DNA of 64,000 nucleotides from Planctomycetota bacterium. GTDB taxonomy: Bacteria > Planctomycetota > Phycisphaerae > FEN-1346. This document shows positions 9,711 through 18,355 of the stretch, in pieces; position 1 is the first letter of the stretch, and each line of letters starts with the position of its first letter. Location of the stretch: contig JAUVZF010000004.1 in the NCBI GenBank assembly GCA_030602705.1, forward strand, positions 11,460 to 75,459, in the 5' to 3' direction. The translations under genes and the position numbers were made by a program. The notes below the pieces were generated by a model that was given only the letters and a program-made list of their open reading frames with translations, ran no database searches and was not told where the DNA came from.

Positions 9711-11720
9711 ATGACCTTCGCGAACCGAGCCATTCTGGTTGGGCTCCTGGCCCTGGCGATTCCGCTGGCGATCCATCTGCTGGGTCGGCGGCGAGCGCGA
9801 AAGGTCGTCCTGCCGACCGCGCGGTTTGCCGAGGGGGCCCATCAGGCGTCGCGCGGCCGGCTGTGGCTGAAGCGCGTGGCGCTGCTGGTCGTGCGGCTGG
9901 CGGTCGTGGCGCTGCTGGTTCTGGCGCTGGCCGGACCACGTATTGGCGGGTCGGCCGGCGGCCGGTGGCTCCTGGTCCTCGACGCCTCGCCCAGTATGCG
10001 GATGGCCGATGCGGCGGGGCGGTCGGCGTTCGAGCGGTCGCGGACCCGCCTGGCGCGGGTCCTGGGGGCACTGGACGAGGAGGCCGAGGTTACGCTCGCC
10101 CTGACCGACGGCCGGGGCGCCGGCGGCTGCCCGGAGGAGGTCCGCCGGGCGCTGGAGGAGATGACCGACCCCGGCTGGCGGTCCGATCTGCTCGGCCGGA
10201 CGATCCGCGAGGCCCTGGCCGCGCCCAAGACCGCCAGCGAGGCCAGCGCGGCCCACCTCATCCTGGCCACCGACGCCACGCCGGCCGCGGTGGCGGACCT
10301 CCGGCCCGGCGCCTTTGCGAAGGCAGACGTCGATGTCACGATTCTGGCCACTTCCCCCGCGGAGGCCAACGTCTGGGTCGGCCTGCCCCGGGTGACCGTC
10401 GAAATGGAGAACGGCCAGCCCGTCGTGTGCGTCGAGGCCGAGGCCCGGGCAACCGACCCGCGAACGGACGTTACGCCTACCCTATGGCTTCACGCTACGA
10501 TCGGGAGGGGGAGAAGTTTCAGGGGCAACGGCCGCGTCCGATTCCGTGTCCCGCCACAAGACGAAGGGCCCTGGCAAGGCAACATCCGTATTAGGGCCAG
10601 TCGCATGGGCGGGTGGACCACGTCGGCTTCGGGCAGTCATTCTGTCCCATTCACGGGTCAGGTTGACGTCTTATCCATCGACAACGTGCGGTACTTTACG
10701 GTCGCGGCGCCGCGGGCGGCCCGGGTGCTGGTGGTGGATGCGGCCGAGGAGCCCGACGCCCGCGTCCGGTCGGCCGACCTGGTGGCGGCGGCCTTCGCGG
10801 GAGAAGCGGGTGTGCCGAAGCCGGTGACGCGCGTCGAAGCGGCCCAAGTGGACCTTTCGGCGCTCGGCCGCGCCGACGTGGCCTTCTGGGTCGGGTCGCA
10901 GCATCCGCGCCAGATCGAGGCCCTGCGGGAATTTGTCGGCCGCGGCGGGGGCCTCGTATGGCTCCCTGCTGATTACCGGCCGATGAAGGACGCCACCTTC
11001 TCCGACTGGCTCGGCATACGTGGGGACCCGGGCGTCGAGCAGTCGCCGGATGGGGTTACCATCGATCCGGCCGGCTACACGAGCGACCTTCTGGCAGCGT
11101 TTGAGGGCGGAACCAGCGGCGACCTGAATACGCCGGTGTTTCGCCGGCAACTGTGCCTGCCGCGCACGGAGAACACGGTCATTCGTTTCCGGGACGGCCT
11201 TCCGGCCGTTCAGGCACAGCGGCACGGAAAGGGCTGCCTGGTCGTGCTGGCGTTTGGCCCGTCGCCGTACTGGGGCGATCTGGCTGGGCGGCCCGAATGG
11301 GTGGTTCTCGTGCATTCCCTCGCCGAGGCGCTGGCTCACGCCGACGGGCCGCAGGTCGCGAACCTGATCGTCGGCAACGTCGCTCAATCCCGGCCGGCCG
11401 GTTACGAAGACGTCCCTGGGAATTACATTTCGCCGGCGAGTGAAGGCCGGAGAATCCACTACTCGGTCAACATCGAGCCCAACGAGACGGCCGACCTTGC
11501 GCCGCGGGTGGATCATCTGGCGGCGGCGTTCGCCGAGGACCGCGTGCGGGTCGTAAGCGGCGATTTCAGCCCGGAAAGGGCGATTCCGGCGCTCTCGGGG
11601 GGTGCCGGGACGGACCTCTCGCCGCTTGTCATCGCGGCCCTGGCTCTGGCCCTGACTGCCGAGAGCCTGCTGTCGGTATCTCAGTCGGGCCGACTGTGGC
11701 GGCGTCCTCGGGGTGGTTGA
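9711..11720 (+). CDS. BatA_N (aerotolerance-regulator N-terminal) domain membrane protein
   Basis: The N-terminus MTFANRAILVGLLALAIPLAIHLLGRRR matches the BatA N-terminal TM motif. There is a second TM segment and a C-terminal TM (LVIAALALALTAESLL). It follows MoxR and DUF58 as in Bat-type operons. Confidence 0.7.
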   Translation: MTFANRAILVGLLALAIPLAIHLLGRRRARKVVLPTARFAEGAHQASRGRLWLKRVALLVVRLAVVALLVLALAGPRIGGSAGGRWLLVLDASPSMRMADAAGRSAFERSRTRLARVLGALDEEAEVTLALTDGRGAGGCPEEVRRALEEMTDPGWRSDLLGRTIREALAAPKTASEASAAHLILATDATPAAVADLRPGAFAKADVDVTILATSPAEANVWVGLPRVTVEMENGQPVVCVEAEARATDPRTDVTPTLWLHATIGRGRSFRGNGRVRFRVPPQDEGPWQGNIRIRASRMGGWTTSASGSHSVPFTGQVDVLSIDNVRYFTVAAPRAARVLVVDAAEEPDARVRSADLVAAAFAGEAGVPKPVTRVEAAQVDLSALGRADVAFWVGSQHPRQIEALREFVGRGGGLVWLPADYRPMKDATFSDWLGIRGDPGVEQSPDGVTIDPAGYTSDLLAAFEGGTSGDLNTPVFRRQLCLPRTENTVIRFRDGLPAVQAQRHGKGCLVVLAFGPSPYWGDLAGRPEWVVLVHSLAEALAHADGPQVANLIVGNVAQSRPAGYEDVPGNYISPASEGRRIHYSVNIEPNETADLAPRVDHLAAAFAEDRVRVVSGDFSPERAIPALSGGAGTDLSPLVIAALALALTAESLLSVSQSGRLWRRPRGG

Positions 11721-11756
11721 CAAGCGGTTTCGGCCAAAAAACGCCCGTTTTTCCCT

Positions 11757-11786
11757 TTGACAGCACCCGTGGAAAGCGTGTAGATT
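11757..11786 (+). promoter_or_regulatory. sigma70-type promoter upstream of the hc1-like gene (TTGACA-N18-TAGATT)
   Basis: TTGACA at 11757-11762 and TAGATT at 11781-11786. A GAAGGAG Shine-Dalgarno lies 7 nt before the ATG at 11850. Confidence 0.5.
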
Positions 11787-11849
11787 GGGCACGGCGGGGG
11801 TTTCCGGTCCCCGCACGGAACTGCGGACCTTTTGCGAAGGAGCAGCCAC

Positions 11850-12071
11850 ATGCTGGAGTTCGACAGTCTCAAAGAGATCGTGGCATCCGCGGAGGCCGAC
11901 ATGCTCAAGGCGGACAATGGAAACAAGGCCGCCGGCACGCGGGTGCGGAAAACCATGCAGCAGGTGAAGGCCGCCGCCCAGGCCGTCCGCATCAAGTGCC
12001 TGGAACTGAAGTCCGAGCCTGCCGCGCCGTCGGCACCTGCCGCACCGCCTGCCGCACCGCCTGCCGAGTAG
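11850..12071 (+). CDS. histone H1-like nucleoid protein (Hc1 family)
   Basis: MLEFDSLKEIVASAEADMLKADNGNKAAGTRVRKTMQQVKAAAQAVR parallels the chlamydial Hc1 N-terminal domain (..LLKAEKGNKAAAQRVR..). The tail is Ala/Pro-rich. Start set at the ATG preceded by the SD. Confidence 0.65.
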   Translation: MLEFDSLKEIVASAEADMLKADNGNKAAGTRVRKTMQQVKAAAQAVRIKCLELKSEPAAPSAPAAPPAAPPAE

Positions 12072-12304
12072 AACAGGTGGTATCAGCAGAGCCGACGCGA
12101 GGTGATTGCGCCTTGCAGGACCCCGCCCGCCGGTGCCGTCTTCGATAGCGGCATCGCAGGCGGTCGAGCGGGGTCAGGAAAGGGAAGTCCGGATACCGGG
12201 CCCGCCCTTGGCCGGGCGAGTCGCCGCCAGACGGCCGACTCGACCGGGGGAGCGGGCCTGTGGTTTCGGCGAGCGGTCCAAGAGCAAAGAAACGGACACG
12301 ACGC

Positions 12305-12778
12305 ATGGCCCCGCCGCTCCTGGTAGACCTGGCGAAAATCGACTTCTCTTCGGTCGTCATGCCGATCGAGGAGATTCGCCGGTTCAACCCGCACCGCTAC
12401 GAGATGGAGCAGTTGACGGCCGTGATCCACCTGGATCCCGAGGCGGGCGAGATCGTGGCGGTCAAGGAGGTGCGGGACGACGAATTCTGGGTCCGCGGCC
12501 ACATTCCGGGCCGGCCGCTCCTGCCGGGAGTTCTGATGATCGAGGCGGCCGCCCAGATGTGCAGCGTGTACTTCAGGAAGGTGAGCAAGGACCCGCGGTT
12601 CCTCGGTTTCGGCGGGGTGGATGGCGTGAAGTTCCGCGGCCAGGTGGCGCCGGGCGACCGGTTGATCCTGTTGGGCCGGGCCGTGGAGATGCGCAGCCGC
12701 AGGGCCGTGTTCGACACGCAGGGCGTGGTCGGCAACCGCCTGGTCTTCGAGGCCAGGATTACGGGGATGCCGATCTGA
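12305..12778 (+). CDS. fabZ: 3-hydroxyacyl-ACP dehydratase (FabZ/FabA hot-dog family)
   Basis: FWVRGHIPGRPLLPGVLMIEAAAQM matches the FabZ active-site region (HFPG.P.MPGVL.IEA.AQ). The size (157 aa) fits. Confidence 0.75.
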   Translation: MAPPLLVDLAKIDFSSVVMPIEEIRRFNPHRYEMEQLTAVIHLDPEAGEIVAVKEVRDDEFWVRGHIPGRPLLPGVLMIEAAAQMCSVYFRKVSKDPRFLGFGGVDGVKFRGQVAPGDRLILLGRAVEMRSRRAVFDTQGVVGNRLVFEARITGMPI

Positions 12779-12784
12779 ACAGAG

Positions 12785-12833
12785 GTTCAAAGTTCAAGGT
12801 TCAAAGTTCAAAGTTCAAGGTTCAAAGTGAACG
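12785..12833. repeat. heptamer microsatellite (GTTCAAR)x6 plus one degenerate unit
   Basis: Read directly: gttcaaa gttcaag gttcaaa gttcaaa gttcaag gttcaaa gtgaacg. It is AT-rich, 37 nt upstream of rpmH and immediately after the fabZ stop. Confidence 0.9.
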
Positions 12834-12869
12834 GCGCGGGCACCGCCGGCGCCCAGAAAGGGAACGACG

Positions 12870-13013
12870 ATGGGCATGCCGGGACGTAAACTGTCGGCTC
12901 GCAAGCACCACAAGCGGCACGGATTCCGCGTTCGAATGAAGACGCGCAGTGGCCGGAAGGTCCTCAAGCGCCGCCGCCGTATTGGCCGGCGTCTGCCGAG
13001 CGCCAAGCGCTGA
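12870..13013 (+). CDS. rpmH: 50S ribosomal protein L34
   Basis: 47-codon ORF below the ORF-track cutoff: MGMPGRKLSARKHHKRHGFRVRMKTRSGRKVLKRRRRIGRRLPSAKR. The HGFR.RM.T..GR.VL..RR..GR core is diagnostic for L34. A GAAAGGGAA SD-like purine tract lies upstream. Confidence 0.85.
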   Translation: MGMPGRKLSARKHHKRHGFRVRMKTRSGRKVLKRRRRIGRRLPSAKR

Positions 13014-13324
13014 CGCCCGGCCGGGCGGCTCCGTCATCGTGTGTGACGGTCTTTCGCCGCCGCCCTCGGGCCATGCCGGGGCCGCGGGTCTTTCTTGGGC
13101 GCGTGTCGCCGCAGCCCATCCGGGCACCGCCTAATATCGCCCGTCCGGCAACGTCTATGGCAATGGAGGCGCCGCAGGACAGCGGCGGACCCGAACCATC
13201 CGGAAGGCCGGCCAGGGAGGGCAGGACGGGGGCCGAGTTTTTTGCGACAGGGGCGCGCCTTGTCGCGTATAAGGTAGTGGCGGTGCTTACGACAGGGCCG
13301 GGGATATACCCGAAAGGTTACCAG

Positions 13325-15589
13325 ATGCGGAAGATTGTCTTGCATGGTCTGATTGTGGCACTGCTCGTCGGCGCAACGTGGCAGACGGCCTTTGCGCTGA
13401 CCGACGAGCAGGTCGTCAAGGCCATCGAGAGGGCCCAACAATCCCTCATAAGCCAGCAGGGCGGAGGCGGCGCCTGGCCCGAGACCCAGTGGCACCAGGC
13501 CTCGACGCCGTGCGGCTATACCGAGATGGCCATGTACACGCTCGTCTACACGGGCGTCCATCCGAACCGTGACGTCATTGCCAATGGGATCAATGCGCTG
13601 CTGGCGCGGGACATGAACTACACCTACGCCCGTTCCATGCGGACGATGGCATACGCGTATCTTCAGAAAAAGTTGTCGGGCAAGAGGCGGGACCTGATCC
13701 GTAAGGCGCTCATAGCGGACGCCATGTGGCTGGTCCAGGCCCAGGGCAGTCACGGCGGGTGGAACTACACGAGTCTCAGCGGCTCGGGCGGACGGTACGA
13801 CTTCTCGAATACGCAGATGGCTATCCTCGCCCTGCGCGAGGCGGCCCTGGCGGGCGTCGAGATCCCCCGCTTCGTCTGGGAACGCGCCCAGAAACTGTAT
13901 TTCGACAACCAGCAGCAGGACGGCTCCTGGGGGTACGAGGACAAAAAGCAGTCAGGCTACGGCTCGATGACGGCGGCGGGCCTGGCCAGCATCTTCATCA
14001 CGATGAACAACCTGCATCTGGCGAGCGGCTGCCCCTGCCGTAACGGCCGAAGCCGCCGCGCCGGCGGCGACTTCGACCGGCGCGTGGATACCGCCCTCGG
14101 ATGGCTCGGGGACAACTTCCAGGCCGGCACGAATCCCAAGAAGGGTACCTGGGAGAAGTACTGGCTTTACAGCGTCGAGCGGGTCGGCATCGCCGCCGGA
14201 TACAAGTACTTCGGCAAGCACAACTGGTACGTGGAAGGGGCAGAGCACCTTGTAAAGTCCCAGGGAGGCAGCGGGGCTTGGGGCAACATCCACGAAACCT
14301 GCTTCTCCCTCTTGTTCCTCTACAAGGGCCGCGCGCCCATCCTCTACAACAAACTCGAGTATAAGGGCGAGTGGAACAACCACCGCCGCGACATCGCCAA
14401 CCTGACCTCCTACATCGAGAAGATCAAAGAGCAGATGTTCCACTGGCAGATCGTCAGCCTGCGTGCCCCGGTCGAGGAACTGCACGACGCCCCGGTCCTC
14501 TATATCACGGCCGAGAAGGCGCCCGAGTTCTCAGACGAACACAAGAAGAAACTCCGCCAGTTCACCGACACGGGCGGAACGATCCTCCTGGAGGCGTCGT
14601 GCGGCAACCCGGCGGTGCGAAAATGGGCCAACGAGTTCATCAAGGAGGTCTGGCCCCAGTGGCAACTGAAGCCGCTCGGCCCCGACCACGGGTCGTTCAC
14701 CCATCCGCATCCGCTCAAACAGCGCCCCGAGATCCTGGGCCTGCACGACGGGATGCGCACCTTCCTGTTCTACGCCATGGACGATATCTCCTGCCCCTGG
14801 CAGACCAAGGCCTACGCCCGCCGCAGTTACCTGTTCCAGTGGGGCATCAACCTGTTCACCTACGCCACCGACCAGAGCCCCCTCAGGCAAAAACTCCAGG
14901 CCCGCCTCCCCAAGGAAAAGGACCGATACCCCGGCCCGGTCGAAGCCGGCAGCCGCAAGAGTCTGCGCCTCGCTCGCGTCAAGTACGATGGACCGGAATG
15001 GCTGACCGGGCGCAACTACAAGGTGCTCCAGCGGCTCCAGAAGGTCCTCTCCGAAAAGGCGTCGGTCAGTCTGGCCATCGAGGAGGACGGCGTGAACCCG
15101 AGCGACCTCGGCAACCGGGACATCGCCTACCTCATCGGCCCAGGCGAGATCAAGATGGCCGAGGCCGAGAAGCAGGCCCTCAAGACCTACCTTGCCAAGG
15201 GCGGGTTCCTGTGGGCGGAGGCCGCCGGCGGATCGACCGACTTTAACGGCGCCTTCCGCAAACTGTGTTCCGAGGTCGGCCTGACGCTGAAACTCATTCC
15301 GCAGACCCATGCGCTGATGACCGGCCGCATGCACAAAGGCGCCGGCTACGGCCTCGTCTCGGGCGTCCAGTTCAGCCGGTCGCTGCGGGTGATGCGACTG
15401 GGCCGGCCCCATGCCAACCTGATCGGCATCTACGTCGGCGACAAACTCGTCGGCCTCTACAGCCCCTTCGACATCATGTTCTCGATGACCGGGTATAACG
15501 CCTACGGCCGCCGCGGTTACAAGGCCCAGGACGCCCGGGCCGTGGCCGCCAACATCATCCTGTTCGTGACCAACCGACCGGCGGCCTGA
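13325..15589 (+). CDS. secreted alpha/alpha-toroid + 2x DUF4159-like protein, paralog 2
   Basis: Start at MRKIVLHGLIVALLVGATWQTAFA (signal peptide). Toroid repeats are QGGGGAWPE, QGSHGGWNY, QQQDGSWGY and SQGGSGAWG. DUF4159-like strings are APVLYITAEKAPEFSDEHKKKLRQFTDTGGTILLEASCG and DIAYLIGPGEIKMAEAEKQALKTYLAKGGFLWAEAAGG. The 13043 extension was rejected as Arg/Pro-rich with no signal peptide. Confidence 0.7.
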   Translation: MRKIVLHGLIVALLVGATWQTAFALTDEQVVKAIERAQQSLISQQGGGGAWPETQWHQASTPCGYTEMAMYTLVYTGVHPNRDVIANGINALLARDMNYTYARSMRTMAYAYLQKKLSGKRRDLIRKALIADAMWLVQAQGSHGGWNYTSLSGSGGRYDFSNTQMAILALREAALAGVEIPRFVWERAQKLYFDNQQQDGSWGYEDKKQSGYGSMTAAGLASIFITMNNLHLASGCPCRNGRSRRAGGDFDRRVDTALGWLGDNFQAGTNPKKGTWEKYWLYSVERVGIAAGYKYFGKHNWYVEGAEHLVKSQGGSGAWGNIHETCFSLLFLYKGRAPILYNKLEYKGEWNNHRRDIANLTSYIEKIKEQMFHWQIVSLRAPVEELHDAPVLYITAEKAPEFSDEHKKKLRQFTDTGGTILLEASCGNPAVRKWANEFIKEVWPQWQLKPLGPDHGSFTHPHPLKQRPEILGLHDGMRTFLFYAMDDISCPWQTKAYARRSYLFQWGINLFTYATDQSPLRQKLQARLPKEKDRYPGPVEAGSRKSLRLARVKYDGPEWLTGRNYKVLQRLQKVLSEKASVSLAIEEDGVNPSDLGNRDIAYLIGPGEIKMAEAEKQALKTYLAKGGFLWAEAAGGSTDFNGAFRKLCSEVGLTLKLIPQTHALMTGRMHKGAGYGLVSGVQFSRSLRVMRLGRPHANLIGIYVGDKLVGLYSPFDIMFSMTGYNAYGRRGYKAQDARAVAANIILFVTNRPAA

Positions 15590-15607
15590 TAATAGACCCT
15601 CATCGGA

Positions 15608-18004
15608 ATGCGAAAGGGTCTCCAGATGACACGCAGGTGCGTCGGCGTCCTGCTTGCGGCCGCAGTCGCCTGTTTTCTGATTGTCACCGCCGCCGGAGCC
15701 GAGTCCGCACCACCTCCCAAGCCCACGGCGGGTCTTACCGACGAAGTCGTCCGCAATGCCCTGGAGCGAGGACGACAGTTCCTCATCGCCCAGGCCGAGC
15801 CTGACGGGTCCTTCACCGCTGGAGGCATGAAGGGCGGCCTCAGCGCGCTGGTCTTTATGACCCTGGCCTACATGGGCGAGCACCCCAACCGCGACTACAT
15901 GGACAAGGGTCTGGAGTACCTGATGGACCTGGACGCCGACGCCGGTTTCGACAAGAAGCAGGGTTACGCCGTCCCCATCCGCGTCATGGGCTTCTCGTAC
16001 CTGTACAGGCATCTGCTTGGCGACCGAAAGCGGCACGTGGCGCTCAAGGCCAAAGAAGACATCATGCGGATGCAGATGGGCCAGGCCACGGGCGGCGGAT
16101 GGCGGTACAAACTCGAAGGTGGCGGCGCTTACGATTTCTCCGTCACCCAGTGGCCGATCCTGGCCATGCGCGACGCCCAGCGAGCGGGAATCGAGTTCCC
16201 CGACCCGACGGCGAACCTCCAGAGGGCCCTCTCGCTCTATCTCCAGTTCCAGCAGGACAACGGAGGGTGGTACTACCAGGACAAGAACGAGAAACCCTCC
16301 GGGTCGATGACGGCGGCGGGGCTCGCCTCGCTCTTTATCATCGCCGACTTCCTCGAACCCGGCAGCGGCTGCCCGTGCAAACGCGGCGCGAGCCCCAGGA
16401 CGACCACCAAGACCGAGCGGGCCATGGACGCCGCACTCGGATGGCTCGGCAAGTACTTCGACACCAAGACCAATCCGCAGGCCGAGAGGGTCGGCAAGGG
16501 GAATGTCCTGTACTGGTTGTACTGCGTCGAACGGGTCGGCATCGCCGCCGGATACAAGTACTTCGGCACCCACAACTGGTATAAGGAGGGGGCCGCCCAG
16601 GTCATCAAGAAACAGGGCAAGGACGGCTCATGGGGCCGCCTGGACCAGACGTGCTTCGCCCTCTTGTTCCTTTACAAGGGCCGCGCGCCCATCCTGTTCA
16701 ACAAACTCAAGTTCGACGGACCCGACGGGCAGCCGGGCGTCTGGAACGCCCACCGCCGCGATATCGCCAACCTGACGCACTTCATCGAGCAACGAAAAGA
16801 GCAGATGTTCCATTGGCAGATCGTGCACCTGAAGGCGCCGCTCGACGAACTCCACGACGCCCCCATTCTGTACATCACCGCCGAGAGCATCCCCGCCTTC
16901 ACGCCCGAACAGACCAAGAAACTCCGCGACTTCACCGACACCGGCGGCACGATCCTGTTTGAGGCATCGTGCGGCAACGCGCTGGTTCGCAAGTGGTTCC
17001 TGAAGTTCGCTCGCGATGTGTGGCCCGAGGCGAAGGCACGCCCGCTGGGACCCGAGTGGAAAATGGTCAAACTCGCCAGGGACCACGGCGTCTGGGAGGC
17101 CTTCCAGAAGTTGAAGGCCCGGCCCGAAATCCTGGGCATCCACGACGGCGTCCGCACATCGGTCTTCTACAGCCCCGACGACATCTCCTGTTCCTGGCAG
17201 GTGAAGGCCCTCGTCCAGAAGATGTACCTGTTCGACTGGGGCATCAACCTCTACACCTACGCGACGGACGGGGCCCCGCTTCGGGCGAAACTCGCCGGAC
17301 GCGAACCACCCAAGTCCGACAAGTTCACCGGACCCGTCAAGGCCGGCCCGAAGAAAACGCTCCGCATCGCCCGCGCCAAGTACGGCGGCAACTGGGAGGC
17401 CGGCGCCAACTACCGCGGGTTCGCTTCGCTGGCCAGGCACGTCAAGGCTGCGGCCGGCATCACGCTCCAGGTTACCGAGCCGACCGAGGCGCCGTTCACC
17501 GAGGGCGGCGTGGCGATCGAAGACCTTGCGCCCGGGGTGATCGCCTACCTCGGCGGATCGCGGGCCTTCACACTCACGCCCCCCGAAAAGGCGGCTCTGA
17601 AAAAGTACCTGGCCGAGGGCGGGTTCCTCTGGATCGAGGCCGTCACCGGGGCACTGCCGTTCGACGGGTCGGTCCGCAAACTAGCCACCGAAATGGGGTG
17701 GACGCTGAAAATGCTCTCCGGCAGCCATCCGCTGCTCCACGGCCGCATGGACGGCGGCGAGGGATATAACCTGACCGCCGGCATCGGCTTCCGCAAGGCC
17801 CTCGTGAAGGCCGGCCAAGTCGGACGCCAGACACCACGGTTCTCCGGCATCTACGACGGCGAGAAGATGATCGGCCTGTACTCGCCCTTCGACGTGGTCT
17901 TCTCGACGACCGGCTACCAGGCCCACCGTTGCCGCGGCTACAAGACGGCCGACGCCAGAGCCATCGCCACCAACCTGACCATCTACCTCTCGACGCTGAA
18001 GTAG
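15608..18004 (+). CDS. secreted alpha/alpha-toroid + 2x DUF4159-like protein, paralog 3 (tandem duplicate of paralog 2)
   Basis: Signal peptide MTRRCVGVLLAAAVACFLIVTAAGA (alternative start 15626). It shares long near-identical strings with paralog 2 (RVGIAAGYKYFG.HNWY, LLFLYKGRAPIL.NKL, HRRDIANLT, KEQMFHWQIV, ELHDAP.LYITAE, FTDTGGTIL.EASCGN). Confidence 0.7.
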   Translation: MRKGLQMTRRCVGVLLAAAVACFLIVTAAGAESAPPPKPTAGLTDEVVRNALERGRQFLIAQAEPDGSFTAGGMKGGLSALVFMTLAYMGEHPNRDYMDKGLEYLMDLDADAGFDKKQGYAVPIRVMGFSYLYRHLLGDRKRHVALKAKEDIMRMQMGQATGGGWRYKLEGGGAYDFSVTQWPILAMRDAQRAGIEFPDPTANLQRALSLYLQFQQDNGGWYYQDKNEKPSGSMTAAGLASLFIIADFLEPGSGCPCKRGASPRTTTKTERAMDAALGWLGKYFDTKTNPQAERVGKGNVLYWLYCVERVGIAAGYKYFGTHNWYKEGAAQVIKKQGKDGSWGRLDQTCFALLFLYKGRAPILFNKLKFDGPDGQPGVWNAHRRDIANLTHFIEQRKEQMFHWQIVHLKAPLDELHDAPILYITAESIPAFTPEQTKKLRDFTDTGGTILFEASCGNALVRKWFLKFARDVWPEAKARPLGPEWKMVKLARDHGVWEAFQKLKARPEILGIHDGVRTSVFYSPDDISCSWQVKALVQKMYLFDWGINLYTYATDGAPLRAKLAGREPPKSDKFTGPVKAGPKKTLRIARAKYGGNWEAGANYRGFASLARHVKAAAGITLQVTEPTEAPFTEGGVAIEDLAPGVIAYLGGSRAFTLTPPEKAALKKYLAEGGFLWIEAVTGALPFDGSVRKLATEMGWTLKMLSGSHPLLHGRMDGGEGYNLTAGIGFRKALVKAGQVGRQTPRFSGIYDGEKMIGLYSPFDVVFSTTGYQAHRCRGYKTADARAIATNLTIYLSTLK

Positions 18005-18018
18005 TGGCGCGCCTTGTG

Positions 18019-18264
18019 GCAGCCGCACTCGGCACGCCGGGTGGCACGGCCACGCGCAGCGTGACCGTGTGCTCCCCGGCGCGACCCGGCCCACGGCCGC
18101 GGCTTCGCCGCTGCCGTGCCACCCTCCTGGCGGGGTGGCACGGCCCTTGGGCCGTGCAGCCGCACTCGGCACGCGGGGTGGCACGGCCACACGCAGCGTG
18201 ACCGTGTGCTCCCCGGCGCGGGCCGGCCCACGGCCGCGGCTTCGCCGCTGCCGTGCCACCCTCC
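18019..18264. repeat. two tandem copies of a 109-bp GC-rich element (period 137 bp), each a long imperfect palindrome
   Basis: Unit A is 18019-18127 and unit B is 18156-18264; I saw only 4 substitutions by eye. Each unit is bounded by GGGTGGCACGGC ... GCCGTGCCACCC inverted ends. The 28-nt spacer holds another GGCACGGCCC-TT-GGGCCGTGC hairpin. The element lies between convergent genes. Confidence 0.85.
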
Positions 18265-18355
18265 ATGTGCTGCTCGGCGCAAAGGAACGCCCCGCGGCAG
18301 CCATCTCCCGCCGCGGGACGAGTCTTCTCAAACCTTACCGTTTTCCCGGCCGGTG

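Noticed and set aside
12170-12205. ggtcaggaaagggaagtccggataccgggcc: possible RNase P RNA P4 or SRP RNA domain IV motif
   Set aside because: It does not match GAGGAAAGUCCGGGC or the GGUCAGGUCCGGAAGGAAGCAGC order. The whole intergenic region (233 nt) is too short for RNase P RNA, and no complementary P4 3' strand was found.
14531-16573. 680-aa minus-strand ORF
   Set aside because: It is antisense to the two tandem DUF4159 paralogues and crosses their intergenic gap. Composition is biased (G/A/R/V/E).
18019-18264. Possible CRISPR array
   Set aside because: There are only two copies, the units are 109 bp (far too long), the spacer is 28 nt and is itself a related hairpin, and there are no cas genes in the window.
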